Assembly (NCBI GenBank): GCA_965603825.1
Contig: CBFDEM010000015.1
Location: forward strand, 372,001-436,000
DNA: 64,000 bases
Source of the DNA: Blepharisma stoltei ATCC 30299
Taxonomy: Eukaryota; Protista; Ciliophora
Direction: 5' to 3'
Positions 1 to 11,045 of this stretch are shown in pieces. The notes beneath the pieces were generated by a model. The model did not search any database and was not told the DNA's origin. It saw nothing but the letters and a program-made list of their open reading frames with translations. The position numbers and the translations under genes are program-made. Position 1 is the first letter of the stretch; every line of letters begins with the position of its first letter.

Positions 1-1705
1 AGAACTTCGGATACTCAATCACTCTGGCAGCTTTTAAATAATCTTTCACAGCCAAATGGAACTTTTCTTCTAATAAAAACATATTCCCTGAAAAATAATC
101 ATTGTATCCTCCGGGGCTTAATTTCTTTGTTTTACCAATTGCGACCTTTGTTAGCCTTGTCAGTTTTGAGAAGTCGTGAACTCCTGTTTTTCTATATAAT
201 TCTTACATCTTATAATCAATATCAGTAGGGACATCAATCATAAAGTCATTTTCAAAGCTAATAAGCTCAAAATATGAATAAAGCTGGTCTGCTTCAGTCT
301 GCCGCTCTTTATGGATAAATTTAAGAACTCTAACAGCAGTAAACAGCCATCTTGAAATTTGTTTAACAACAAGCGGAATTTGAATGCTTTCTACAAAAAT
401 TATCAGGATTTTTATATCAATTTTTTCTATGACATCTAAAAAATTCAAATAAACGTCTGATAAAAAGTCACTCGAGCAAGGCTCGGGTTGGGCTATCAAG
501 ACTTGAACTTTTTCAACGAAATTAAGCACATTCAGTAACTCTTCAGAGAGCAATGATTTAACTCTTGTAGAGAAACTTCCAAGGTAAGGAGATTGCAATA
601 TCAGTGCTAAAATATATGTCCATTGCTTCAAATTTGGTGGGCCGAATTTTTCAATAATTTCTTTTAATGTGTCGAAGTATTTTTCTGGAGGGGACTCTTC
701 TAATGGAGTTATGACTGCACAATAATACACACAATCTGTTCACAAGTAAAGCTCAGACTCTGTAATTCTGCTTAAAACATCTTCAAATATTTTCCTTGAC
801 AAAGAGCTGTATCCTTTATTTTCAAATAGAGCATATTTTAAGTACTTTCTGGCTACAGCAAACTGTTCTGTTAGATTATCGACTTCAATTTTTGATTTTA
901 TGATGTCTATGTTTTGGGCCATCTGTTCTAAATCTACTTGAATATTTCTATGTTACTTTTACTCTTGTTGGTCTCTTTGTACTCTTCTTTTGCCTTCTAG
1001 CTCTCTACTGTAATGAAATAGCTCTCTTGCATAAGACTCGTCTTTTTCTATTTCCATCGTTTCAGGGATGATTCCAAGATACCCTTTTAGCTTGTCAACA
1101 GTTAGAGTGGTGATTTTATTGGGATTCGCTGTTGGCACATAATCTGCAGGAAGGCTCTTATATAGTTCAGTAAAATGGTATGCTGCTTCTGCATAATTTT
1201 CTTCTAAAGCTTTTCACAAGCCCAACTCATATAAAATTTGTGGGTTTGTAGTGCGGACTTTCGAAAGGTGGTGGATTGCTTCTAACTCTTCATCTCTATC
1301 TAAATGCAGCACTTCTCTAGCAAACTTGTAATCAGTGATCAAAGTCCTAATCACAAATCGATAATAAAGGATATTGTCCCCTTTATCCCTTGCTTTTTTC
1401 ATCAAATTGATTTTGTATTCCAAAGGAAGCTCTTGGGATTCGAATTCTTCTAATAAGTCTGTAGAGCTGTGGACCAAAAGGTCAGTAATAATTTCTTCTA
1501 ACACTTTAAGCTTTTTTGTGTTGGGATTGATTGCTCCGTTGGGATGGGTGTGATATAAGGCACTTGCAAATAGCTCTTTTGGGCAGTCATTTATCTATGT
1601 TAACCATACATGCTCGCGGCGATAAGGCTCGGATAAAAACTTCACCCAGAGAAAATAGGTATTTTCTGGAGGCTTTAGCACTGCAAGTTCATATCTATCT
1701 TCCAT
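1..1705 (-). CDS. Integrator subunit 8-like (INTS8-like) TPR protein; 3' end runs off the window
   Basis: ATG at 1705. 15-nt introns at 1595-1609, 948-962 and 192-206 plus TGA=Trp at 1214 and 740 join ORFs 1214-1504, 740-922 and 203-730 into one frame that stays open to the window edge. Motifs KPPENTYFLWVKFLSEP, QILYELGLW..NYAEA, DKLKGYL and GNMFLLEEKFHLAVKDYLKAA recall INTS8. Gene model is firmer than the identity. Confidence 0.5.
192..206 (-). other. 15-nt spliceosomal intron GTAAGAATTATATAG
   Basis: GT..AG ends, A at position 10; removal deletes the in-frame TAA and the frame stays open to position 1. Confidence 0.85.
948..962 (-). other. 15-nt intron GTAAAAGTAACATAG
   Basis: Removes in-frame stop and joins to ENIQVDLEQMAQN. 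Confidence 0.85.
1595..1609 (-). other. 15-nt intron GTATGGTTAACATAG
   Basis: Phase-0 intron ending in an in-frame TAG; links ATG 1705 to ORF 1214-1504. Confidence 0.85.
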
Positions 1706-1737
1706 TTTTATTAAATTTTATATATAAGGAGTGTTAA

Positions 1738-4296
1738 TTAAAGACTTTTCCACTTGTAGAAATATATATTTGAAGTTTTTGAAGCCTTGTTCTCTAAGCA
1801 TGCCAAAAATTTTTCTATTTTTTCTTTGATCAGCCGATACTTGTAGATAGAGATATTTGATAAGTTGACAGGAGGCTTTTGGATCTTATTAAAAAGAGAC
1901 AAAAAAGATGAAAAGCCAGTCCGAAGCCTTGATTTGTAAATAAACTCAAGAGGCTTATAGAAATTATCAACTGCTTCGCTATCAATATGTGATGTACTCA
2001 GATTGAGTTCTTCAATAAATAGAAGCTCATTATTTACAATTGGAGTTTTTGAAGAAATTTGACGCCAGAAATCAATGATTTGTTTTTCTCTCTTGTGAAA
2101 AAGTGTTTTAAATACACAAAGAGCATACTTTCTTTTTTCTACATATGATAACAATTTAAGGAAAAAAGAAAATTTCAATTTCCCTTGTGATTTGTATATT
2201 GATCTTGCAATTTTTCTGATGGATTTTTCTTTGAGCATTGAATTTTTAGCAAAAATAGCCCATTTCTCCCAATACTTCGAATTAAGAAAAGCGTAATAAG
2301 CATTGAAATTATTAAGTGCCTTTGATATTGTTTCTTTGTGCATAGAAATGTCTGTCAATTCATTTTCACTAGATAAGCTAGACAAAGTAAAAATATAAGA
2401 GCATAATCATTGGCTTCAATACTTTTTCTTGATGAAGTGGTAATGGGAATTCAGTTTATTTAAAGCTTGAGATAAGGTTTGCTGATAAAATGCATCATCT
2501 TTTAGGATATTGAAATATGAGCGGGGCTTATTAAGTACAAAATATGAAATAACTCTGCAACTTGAAAATTTAGACCAATATTTTACTTTGAGACTATTGT
2601 AATGAAAAGATGATTTATTGAACACTTTGGATAAAATTTGTTCGAATGATGAATAATCCTTCAAATAGTTGTAGTCTGCAATTGTCTTATTTGTGAGTTG
2701 ATATCCTAGAGTTTTCTCATATCTGCAATCTTCCATGTAGTTACAGTCAGCTATTGGCTTATTGATAATATGGTATGTCAATTTTTTTTCGCAGCCATAG
2801 AATTTGAGATCTTTCAAATAGCTGTAGTCAGCTAATGGGGGATTGATAATAGAATATGTGATTGTACTATTATAAAAACCCTTGGAATATTCAATTTCAA
2901 TCTGACTAGAATCACATTCTGATAAACAATCATAATCTGATTTTGGCTTAATTAAAACTGAATATTCAAATTCTTTATTTATGTCAATTGATGCCTCTAA
3001 ATAATTATAGCCTGATTTTTGTTTATTCATAATTGAGTATTCAATTTCTTTATTAATATCATTGGACTCTTCTAAATAATTATAGCTAGAGGCTTGTTTT
3101 TTGGCAGCTCTATATTCGAATATTTCATCATTTTGTTTGTAGCTTTTATCTTCATACAAAGCATAATCTTCAGTAAGCTTATTAATAGTCTGACTTGCTG
3201 GATGCTCATCTAGCTCTGACTTATAAATGGCAATAGTTTCAATATTTGCTTCTTCATCATAGTAATTAGGCTCTTCTAAATAATCATAATCCAGCAGTGG
3301 CTTATCAAAAATAAAGTATTCAAAAAAATCATCGTCTTCTTCAAAGCTGTAAGAGTTTTTGAAGCCATCAAAAGCTTGAATTATTACTTTGAAGCAATAT
3401 CTACAGATGATTTCCATCCCAATTAATTTTTCATATGGCATTGAAGCCATGCAACCACTATCAATATTTTTCTCTTTATCAAATCGGCTTGAGCATGATG
3501 ATGGAGGAGCGAGACTAATGCTATCAGAAGATAATTTGTCTAAAAACCCATCTTCAAGCTGAGCAGATTCATATTCTCTTGGGGTTAAAATATTTGAATT
3601 AAAAGTTTCGTTTAGCCTGGCTTTGTTTTCAACTGAAAGCTGAATATCAAGAATTTCGTTTAATTCTTCAGGGCTCTGACTAAGTTCTATTTCGCTATAC
3701 TTTTGTGGAGTAAAAAATAAGGTTTTATCTTCATTGGATTGCTTTGCTTTCAGCTTTTCTTCGCGTTCTTGGAATTTTTTTTCTAAATTTATTTTTATGT
3801 TTTCGAGTCTTTGTTTTTTAGATAGATAAGTATCAGTTCTTAGAGGGAGCTTATAAGGTTCTAGAGGGCTACCGGACTTACCACTCTTGAAATGTTTTTC
3901 TAGATAAGCTGTGACTCTATCATATAGCAATTTTGCTGAATCAACTCTATATGTTTTTATTCTTTTTTTTGGTGAGCAGAATCTCCAGATACCAAGAGAT
4001 TTGGAACTTCTGTGGCTATTAAGCCCTTCAGAATCCACTGAGAACTTAATTTTATTTGGACTTTCTTGATCCCTCCTTTCATTTTTGCTTAAAGAGAGTG
4101 CAATGCCCAATTTAGATTTTCAGGCGTTGTGGTCTTTTATAACAGGAGACCAATTATTTTTTCTTTTACTGTTCAAAACTCCAGGACTCTTGTAGAAAAG
4201 TGATCCTTTAGAGCTAGAAATCAAATTATTGTTTTTTTGTCGGTGCTTTAGCATCTCATGCCTATAAGAGTTCAGACTTTCAAGAATACTAGACAT
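1738..4296 (-). CDS. Hypothetical ~852-aa protein with about 10 degenerate ~25-aa Tyr-rich repeats
   Basis: ATG at 4296; continuous frame when TGA=Trp (three TGAs) joins ORFs 2416-4110 and 1738-2385. Repeat consensus roughly Y-x-I-I-N-K-P-x-A-D-Y-N-Y-L-x-D. Confidence 0.75.
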
Positions 4297-4793
4297 TTTT
4301 TATTTTAAAACTGGAATTATATATCTCTTTACTTATTTTTCGTGAATTCTCCTGTCTTTATTTTTTAGAGAGCTTTTTGGTCTAAATTAATTTAATAAAA
4401 AACATAAATTTGCGATTTCGCATAATGTTCCTAGTCATTTCTTAATTTATGATGTGTGCAGTCAATTTTCGGAAGGCTTATTATATGGATTTCCTCTTTA
4501 ATTCAAGAAACTATAGAGTTGACTTCACTTATCATTAAAACTTTTTATAAAACTACTATCCAAAAAACAGGGGGATAGATTCGACATCTTGGAATAACGG
4601 TATAAAGACTATTTTAATAAATACACTGATGCAATTATAATTTATAAATTTCAACGCGCCATAACTTCAAATAGAGCTTTCTTCTTATTTCAATTATGGT
4701 TTATGGCTTCTAATTTTAAGCTGAAATACATTTATTCAAGAGCCTGAGAATTAGCTAAACTTAATTAATTAAAAATTGAATTAAATAAGTCAG

Positions 4794-5639
4794 TTATGTA
4801 TGAGTAGAAACAGATTTTATTTGAACTCTGAAAACTTCTCCAGATGTTGGGCTAGGAACAACAGCCAATATTTTTTTAATGGACTGGCTTGATTTATTTC
4901 TATCGCTGTGTATTCTGGTAGCATATTCTTTGACAGTCCCACTTACCATCAGTTTCCTCGTAAACCTTCTTTTTGGCTCTGTAGACATTGCTCTTGTTTG
5001 AGGAATGATTTCTCTGCTTGACCTGGCGTTTCTTTTAATTCTATGTTTTGTAAAGAGTTTGGCATTTATTGGACTTTGCTGGTAAAGCATTTGTTGATAT
5101 TTCCTTGAAAACAGTTTCTTCTTATCTTGAAACTTTATAATTCTCCCAGATCTTCGACATATTTCTGTATTAATACAACTATCATCAATATTTAGTTTGT
5201 CACAGCAATCATACGAAAATTTTAAAGTCTCATTCATTTTTGCTGGTTCTGGACTTGGAGTTCTGCTTCCTATTTTATCAAAGAATTTTGGAGTTAAATA
5301 ATCCCGTGATTTAGGTCTTACCTGTCTCTCCTCTAGATGAATATGCGAAATGAACATTTCGCTTTCAAAATAGCCTTCATGTCTTGTTTTCTTCTGAAAA
5401 TAATTAGGAGGCGTACTTGGTTTATGCATATAACTGGAGTGAGGACGGGTTTGGGGAGTATGAATTGCTATACTGGAATTTGGAGAAGCCCTCATTGTAA
5501 GATAAAGCTCTTCATCTGGTAATGTAAGTCTTTCTCCTGACCGTTGGATTCTGGAACAGTTGGAAATTCGGTGAATTTCGAATAAGGTTTCTGGCTTGTG
5601 TAGGTATTCTTTACTAGATTTTATGATATCGATATTCAT
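4794..5639 (-). CDS. Hypothetical basic, Ser/Pro-rich protein (281 aa)
   Basis: Long ATG-TAA ORF; no recognisable domain. Confidence 0.7.
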   Translation of the reverse strand: MNIDIIKSSKEYLHKPETLFEIHRISNCSRIQRSGERLTLPDEELYLTMRASPNSSIAIHTPQTRPHSSYMHKPSTPPNYFQKKTRHEGYFESEMFISHIHLEERQVRPKSRDYLTPKFFDKIGSRTPSPEPAKMNETLKFSYDCCDKLNIDDSCINTEICRRSGRIIKFQDKKKLFSRKYQQMLYQQSPINAKLFTKHRIKRNARSSREIIPQTRAMSTEPKRRFTRKLMVSGTVKEYATRIHSDRNKSSQSIKKILAVVPSPTSGEVFRVQIKSVSTHT

Positions 5640-5652
5640 TATATAAAGTTTT

Positions 5653-6795
5653 TTAATTATCTCTTCTTAAAAATTTGTTGAATGCATCAATGAGGATCTC
5701 TGAGTCAGTTTTTATCCTCGAGCAGAGTTCTAAAGCAGTTTTTGCTTGCTCGTCAGATATTCCTCCTTTGGAAAGCATATACTGTGTGTAAAAATTCACA
5801 ACGAAATGAGTGGTAAACTCTGGGTGGCCTTGAGAACTAATTGCTCTATTTCCGTATCTTACAATTTCAGCAGTGCAACTTGGCGAAGTATAAATGATAT
5901 TTCCACTTGGAGGCACTACGGAAACGCAATCTCCATGGCACTGGGACAAATAAAGTTTGCTTGGAAGGCCTTCAAATTCTTCCAATGCTGTAAGTTCTTC
6001 AGTTTTGTAAACAAAGCCTCCATCAGGATTTCTTGCAGCCTCTCCTCCGAAGACCCTTCCTAAGATTTGATGGCCAAGACATATTCCCACAATTTTGACA
6101 CTAGGATAATTGTCAATGATAATTCTAAAAAACCCTATTAAAGGCGCTAGCCAAGGCAAAGTATCATCAAAAGCAGAATATTTTGCACCTGTAATCATAA
6201 TTCCCTTTAATGAGCTTAGTATATCGAGACTAGGAAAATCATTTTTTGGGATATAATAATGATTTCATTTTTCTGTGCCCTGGATGAAAAATCCTCCATA
6301 TAAAGCTTCATTTAGTCCCGACCAAGGTAAATAGTCTTGCATATGCAGTAGCAAATATTCTGGATTTTCATGGATTTGGGATGATTCAAAATTAGCTTCA
6401 TCGAACATATAGTCAGGGCTCATGTAGTTGTGAATTGAGGCTAAACGGAACCTTTCAGACATCAAAGGAGAATCAATGTAATTTTCAGGGACATTATCAA
6501 ACATATTTGCATTTGGAATTGGCACATACATGACATTTCCTACAGTAAATCCATGAGCGATTACTTGTTTCATCAATTTTCTGAGCTGATTGTCATGGTA
6601 AAAGGCTAGATTTTCCCATTCAGAGTCTGTGAAAAGCCTAAATCCTAGCCTTGTTGATATTACCCTTATAGCACCGAAATATCTATTCACATCTGAATCT
6701 TTCAGGGTAAATTCCGGGACGCTTTTATCTTCGTTCAATAGACACTTGAAAGCTTCACCTTCTTTTCCATAAGCAATAACTTTAAAAGAAGCCAT
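5653..6795 (-). CDS. Class I glutamine amidotransferase-like protein (gamma-glutamyl peptidase/YLR126C-like) with N-terminal extension, copy 2
   Basis: GICLGHQ nucleophile elbow and QGHPEF His-x-Glu motif. TGA at 6265-6267 aligns with W in the paralog (GTEK-W-NHY). Confidence 0.85.
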
Positions 6796-6838
6796 TAAAC
6801 TAGAAATTTATATATAAAATGCTTAAAAGGACTCTAAA

Positions 6839-7969
6839 TTAATTTTTCCTTATGAATCTGTTAAAAGCTTCAATAATCAAGTCGGAATCAGTCCTTTCGT
6901 ATGTATAGGTATTCAAAATTTCTTGCATATTTTCATATGGTAATCTACGGTGGCAGAATTTTGAGTGAAAATTCTTCATGAACATTGAAGTAAACTCTGG
7001 GTGGCCTTGCACTGAGACTCCCCAATTCCCATATCTTAGCATTTCTACACGAGTAGATGGAGATGTGTAAATTATCCTAGACTCTGGAGAAATTTCTAGC
7101 ACACAGTCACCATGTGATTCAGATACTTTTAGTTTGTTTGGAAGCCCTTCGAACTCTTCTAATGCAGAGAACTCTTCAAGATGGTATATGAATTTATTTG
7201 AGGGGTTTCTCCCGGTTTCTCCCCCAAATGCTCTAGCAAGGATTTGGTGGCCAAGGCAAATTCCTACGAATTTTACGTGAGGATAATGCTCATGAATACT
7301 TCTGAGTAGATCCAGTAGAGGATCAACCCAAGGCAAGCTTGAATCATATGAGCAATATTTTGCTCCTGTAATTAAAATTCCTTTAAGATTTGAGAGATTT
7401 CCTAGTGGTGGTAAGTTGTTTTGTGGGATGAAATAATGATTCCATTTTTCTGTTCCTTTAATAAAAAACCCACCATATAAGGATTCACTGATCCCAGGCC
7501 ATGGTAGATAGTCTTGCATGTGAAATAGCAAAAAATCTGGATTTTCGTGAAATGCAACTGGGTTATATGTAGCAGCACTTAAGCTGAATTCCTTGTCGAT
7601 GAAGTTGTTAGAAATTGCTAAGTTGTACCTTTCTAGCATGATTTCATAATTCAAAAATTCTCGTGGGATATCCCCGTTCAATTCGATATTTGGTAGTGGG
7701 ACATAAATAGTATTTTCAATAGTAAAAGAATGATAGCCTATGTGTTTCATTCAGCTCCTTAACTTTTCATTTTCTAAGTAACCCATATGGTCCCAGTTAA
7801 GAGATGAATACTTAGCTGGCTCAAGTGAACCTGACAAGATTCTAACCACCGAAAAGTAGCGATTTATATCAGATTCTTGCACAGTAAATGCAGGAATTTG
7901 GTTTCCATCAAGAAAGCACTTGAAAGTGTCAGCAATTTTTGAATATGCGAGAATTCTGTAAGATGACAT
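6839..7969 (-). CDS. Class I glutamine amidotransferase-like protein with N-terminal extension, copy 1
   Basis: GICLGHQ and QGHPEF. TGA at 7751 read through joins ORFs 7751-7969 and 6839-7750; colinear with the paralog over its full length. Confidence 0.85.
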
Positions 7970-8907
7970 TACTGAACTAAATTTAAAATTAATTAAAATG
8001 GTTAATTATATGATTCATTTTAATCTAAGTATTACAATTCAGTTTTGGTATCTCTAGTGATAATTAATTTTCATTTTTCGTATTCAACACTTCTATCAAA
8101 TATTTTTGGTTTAGAATTGCCGAATATTTAATTTGTTTATTTATAGAGTGAATGTATTGATATAAATAAAACTGCTTTAGTGGTCATTCTTCATCTAATT
8201 CCAAAAAACTTTCATCTAAAAAACAATTAGATCTATGCATTTAAATTATTATCATATTTATGTATAGCTTTCAGTGACCCAAAGTAAATCCTAAATAAAT
8301 CCATTAAATAGTGTGAATATTTTTATATAACTTTAAAAATGTCGATTTTGACCAAAATTAAATAAAATGCAAATATTCATATATTCATTAAATTCGGTGA
8401 GACAATCCTACAACCCCTCAACGCCTGTATCCTTGGCTAATTAATGCTACGAGACTCTATGAAAGGGAGAGGTGCAGAATTATGAATTCTAAATTTAATG
8501 AATATTTGTCAAGAGAATTACTTTAAACAAGATTTTATACAAAGCTTTATATTCCAGATTAGATTTCCATAAAAAACATTTAGTTTTCTAAATGTTAAAA
8601 CATAAATTAATGGAAATAAAAGAGTCGGTATTTAAAGAAAAATTTTTATAAATATCAGAAACTGATAATAAAGCTAATTTTCCTAATCAATTTGCTGCCT
8701 TATTAAGGCTTTCCACTGGAATTTTTTTTTTAAAATCTGTGCAGTTTTACCTAATAATTTTTTTTATTTGTTTACTTATTTACTTCAATTTTCTAGCAAG
8801 CTAATTGTGGATTTCTTTCTTTCTCCCCTGAGTTAAATATTTAGATAATAAAACTTGTGACATATTTTCTTATCAACTTTTATCCAATAAACTCTAATAA
8901 AAATTTG

Positions 8908-9246
8908 ATGGCGGAAGCAAATGGATTTGAAGAACCTTTGTGCGGGTGCACAAAAGATATGAAGAGCTGTTTAATCTCATGGTGTGTTCCATGTGGTTCC
9001 CAGTGTGTCCAAGGAATGGCAATCAACGAGGCAAGCGCAGGATCAGAAAGCTGTTTCGTCCCATGTCTCCTGGCTGCATTTTTAGGCTGTATTGGCTCAG
9101 CAATCAACCGTGGGAATATTCGTAATCGTTACAGGATTGATGGGAACTTCATTGTAGATTTGCTGATTAGCTGGTTCTGTCTACCTTGTGTCTCATGCCA
9201 AATGTACCGTGAAGTACAATGGAGGAATCAAACTAAAAGAACTTAA
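8908..9246 (+). CDS. PLAC8/cornifelin family cysteine-rich protein
   Basis: F.EPLCGC..D...CL..WC.PC; R.NIR.RY.IDG....D.L..WFC.PC..CQMYREV. Confidence 0.88.
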   Translation: MAEANGFEEPLCGCTKDMKSCLISWCVPCGSQCVQGMAINEASAGSESCFVPCLLAAFLGCIGSAINRGNIRNRYRIDGNFIVDLLISWFCLPCVSCQMYREVQWRNQTKRT

Positions 9247-9534
9247 ATAAAATTCAATTAAAAATATTAAGACCTTTCTAAAAAATACCTTAGAAACCAA
9301 AGAAAACTGTTTTTTGTGAAATGAAATTCTTTCTTATTAATTGCCATATATACAGCAAACAAAAATTATTAAAACCCTTATAATAAGGAAGATCCAGTCT
9401 ATTTTTTTAATAAAAAATACTTTTGTGCACATTAACTTATTGCTTTTTATTTTTCATAGTTCAAAAATTTAATAAAAAGCCTCATTTTTCAGTCAAAAGA
9501 AGAGAGGTATTTGGCAACCTTAATAAAAGTTAAA

Positions 9535-9873
9535 ATGGCAAGTGGAAGTGAACCACATTTCACCGAATCACTCTTCGGATGCACAAAGGACTGCGGTGTC
9601 TGCTTATGGGGTTGCTGCATACCTTGTGGTGCTCAGTGCATGCAAGGGAAAGCAATCGAAAAAGCAACTGATGGAACTCAAGGCTGTTTCGTCCCATGCC
9701 TACTCGCAATCTGCTTGGGATGCATTGGAGCTGCCATCAACCGTGGAACTGTGAGAGGAAAATTCACAATAGAAGGAGGATGTATCGGAGATTGCTGCAC
9801 TCATTGCTTCTGTGGCCCTTGTGCTGCATGCCAGGAATATCGAGAAGTTGCTTTCAGAAAGGGATTCAAATAA
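9535..9873 (+). CDS. PLAC8/cornifelin family protein (tandem paralog)
   Basis: F.ESLFGC..D...CLWGCCIPC; IEGGCIGDCC.HCFC.PC..CQEYREV. Confidence 0.9.
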   Translation: MASGSEPHFTESLFGCTKDCGVCLWGCCIPCGAQCMQGKAIEKATDGTQGCFVPCLLAICLGCIGAAINRGTVRGKFTIEGGCIGDCCTHCFCGPCAACQEYREVAFRKGFK

Positions 9874-10166
9874 TCTTCATAAATAATTTAGTTTTATCAC
9901 ATATAAGAACTGTGTTTTTTAAAGAGCTTTGAAACCATTGGAGTTTGAAAAGTAATAGAAACGCACAAATTAAGGGGAGATCAGTCGGTTTTGAAACTCC
10001 ATTTTTAAATTCAAAGATTTTTAAGAATATACTAAGCAAGTTTTGTTTCAAGATTTTTGGCATTTAAACAAACTTGTTTTACCAATCAACTACTTTAGAT
10101 CTGTTAATAAATTAATTTCCTAGCTTTGACCCAAAAATTCGAAAAGTTCATTTGAAACGAATTTGC

Positions 10167-11003
10167 TTAGTTTGTGCCATCAATTCTGTATAAATCATTA
10201 TTGTGTGCAAATTCACTAGATGAAAATTTGAATCTCTTTGATCTGCAATTGACTTCGGAATCGTCATTATTTTTTCTTTTAAGATTGTCTTTGCAATTAG
10301 AATACAGCTCTATTGAATGCCTATCGATTTTAATGGCGCTCTTCATATTTAATGATGCTTGATATTCATGACTCTGCGGTTTTATAAGGCTTGCCTTGTC
10401 TTCAGCATAGTTTGCATTCAAACTAGTTTTTTTATTGCTTGAAACGTTTTCTGAATTGTTTGCAGGGGAGTTTACTTGGCTTGTCGAGCTGCGAAAAGTT
10501 ATTTCGCTATAAAAATCCATAAAATCACCTCCTTCACTATTTTCATAACTAATTGGTGGAGTCAGGCAAAAGGAAGTATCTGAGTCCGTTTCTAAATTTT
10601 CCATTTCCAAAGATGACAAGCTTTTACTTTTAGAGATGCTGCTCTGATGAGATATTAGGCATTCTTTCCCCGAACATTTTATTACATTTGCACTATTTCT
10701 TTGATAATCCTCATGAGAATCTAGATTTGCTAGAACCCCAATATTTTCCCACGTTGTTTGCGATATACTCGCAGTCTTATGTGCCTTAAACTTGTATCTT
10801 GCCTCTTGAAGAGAAGAAAATGAATAGTTTTTTTTAAGCTTTACTTGATTTCTTGCTGCTTGTAGAGATGTAAAGTTTAAAAGGGTTGGCTTTTTATTTA
10901 ATACAAAACTTGTATCTTTATTTTGACTATCAATTCTTGTTGAAGCTGATTTTTTTCTGTAAGCTTTGCTTGGGAGTTTTCCAAGCTTATTTGGAATGTT
11001 CAT
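10167..11003 (-). CDS. Hypothetical Ser/Lys-rich low-complexity protein
   Basis: 278-aa ORF; may start at ATG 11021 via one TGA (MNKHIW-MNIPN). Confidence 0.65.
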   Translation of the reverse strand: MNIPNKLGKLPSKAYRKKSASTRIDSQNKDTSFVLNKKPTLLNFTSLQAARNQVKLKKNYSFSSLQEARYKFKAHKTASISQTTWENIGVLANLDSHEDYQRNSANVIKCSGKECLISHQSSISKSKSLSSLEMENLETDSDTSFCLTPPISYENSEGGDFMDFYSEITFRSSTSQVNSPANNSENVSSNKKTSLNANYAEDKASLIKPQSHEYQASLNMKSAIKIDRHSIELYSNCKDNLKRKNNDDSEVNCRSKRFKFSSSEFAHNNDLYRIDGTN

Positions 11004-11045
11004 TCAAATATGTTTATTCATTCATATTTTAATTATATTAGCGCC

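Noticed and set aside
6265-6267. In-frame TGA as selenocysteine or as a pseudogene-causing stop
   Set aside because: TGAs align to Trp, not Cys, and occur in many unrelated intact genes.
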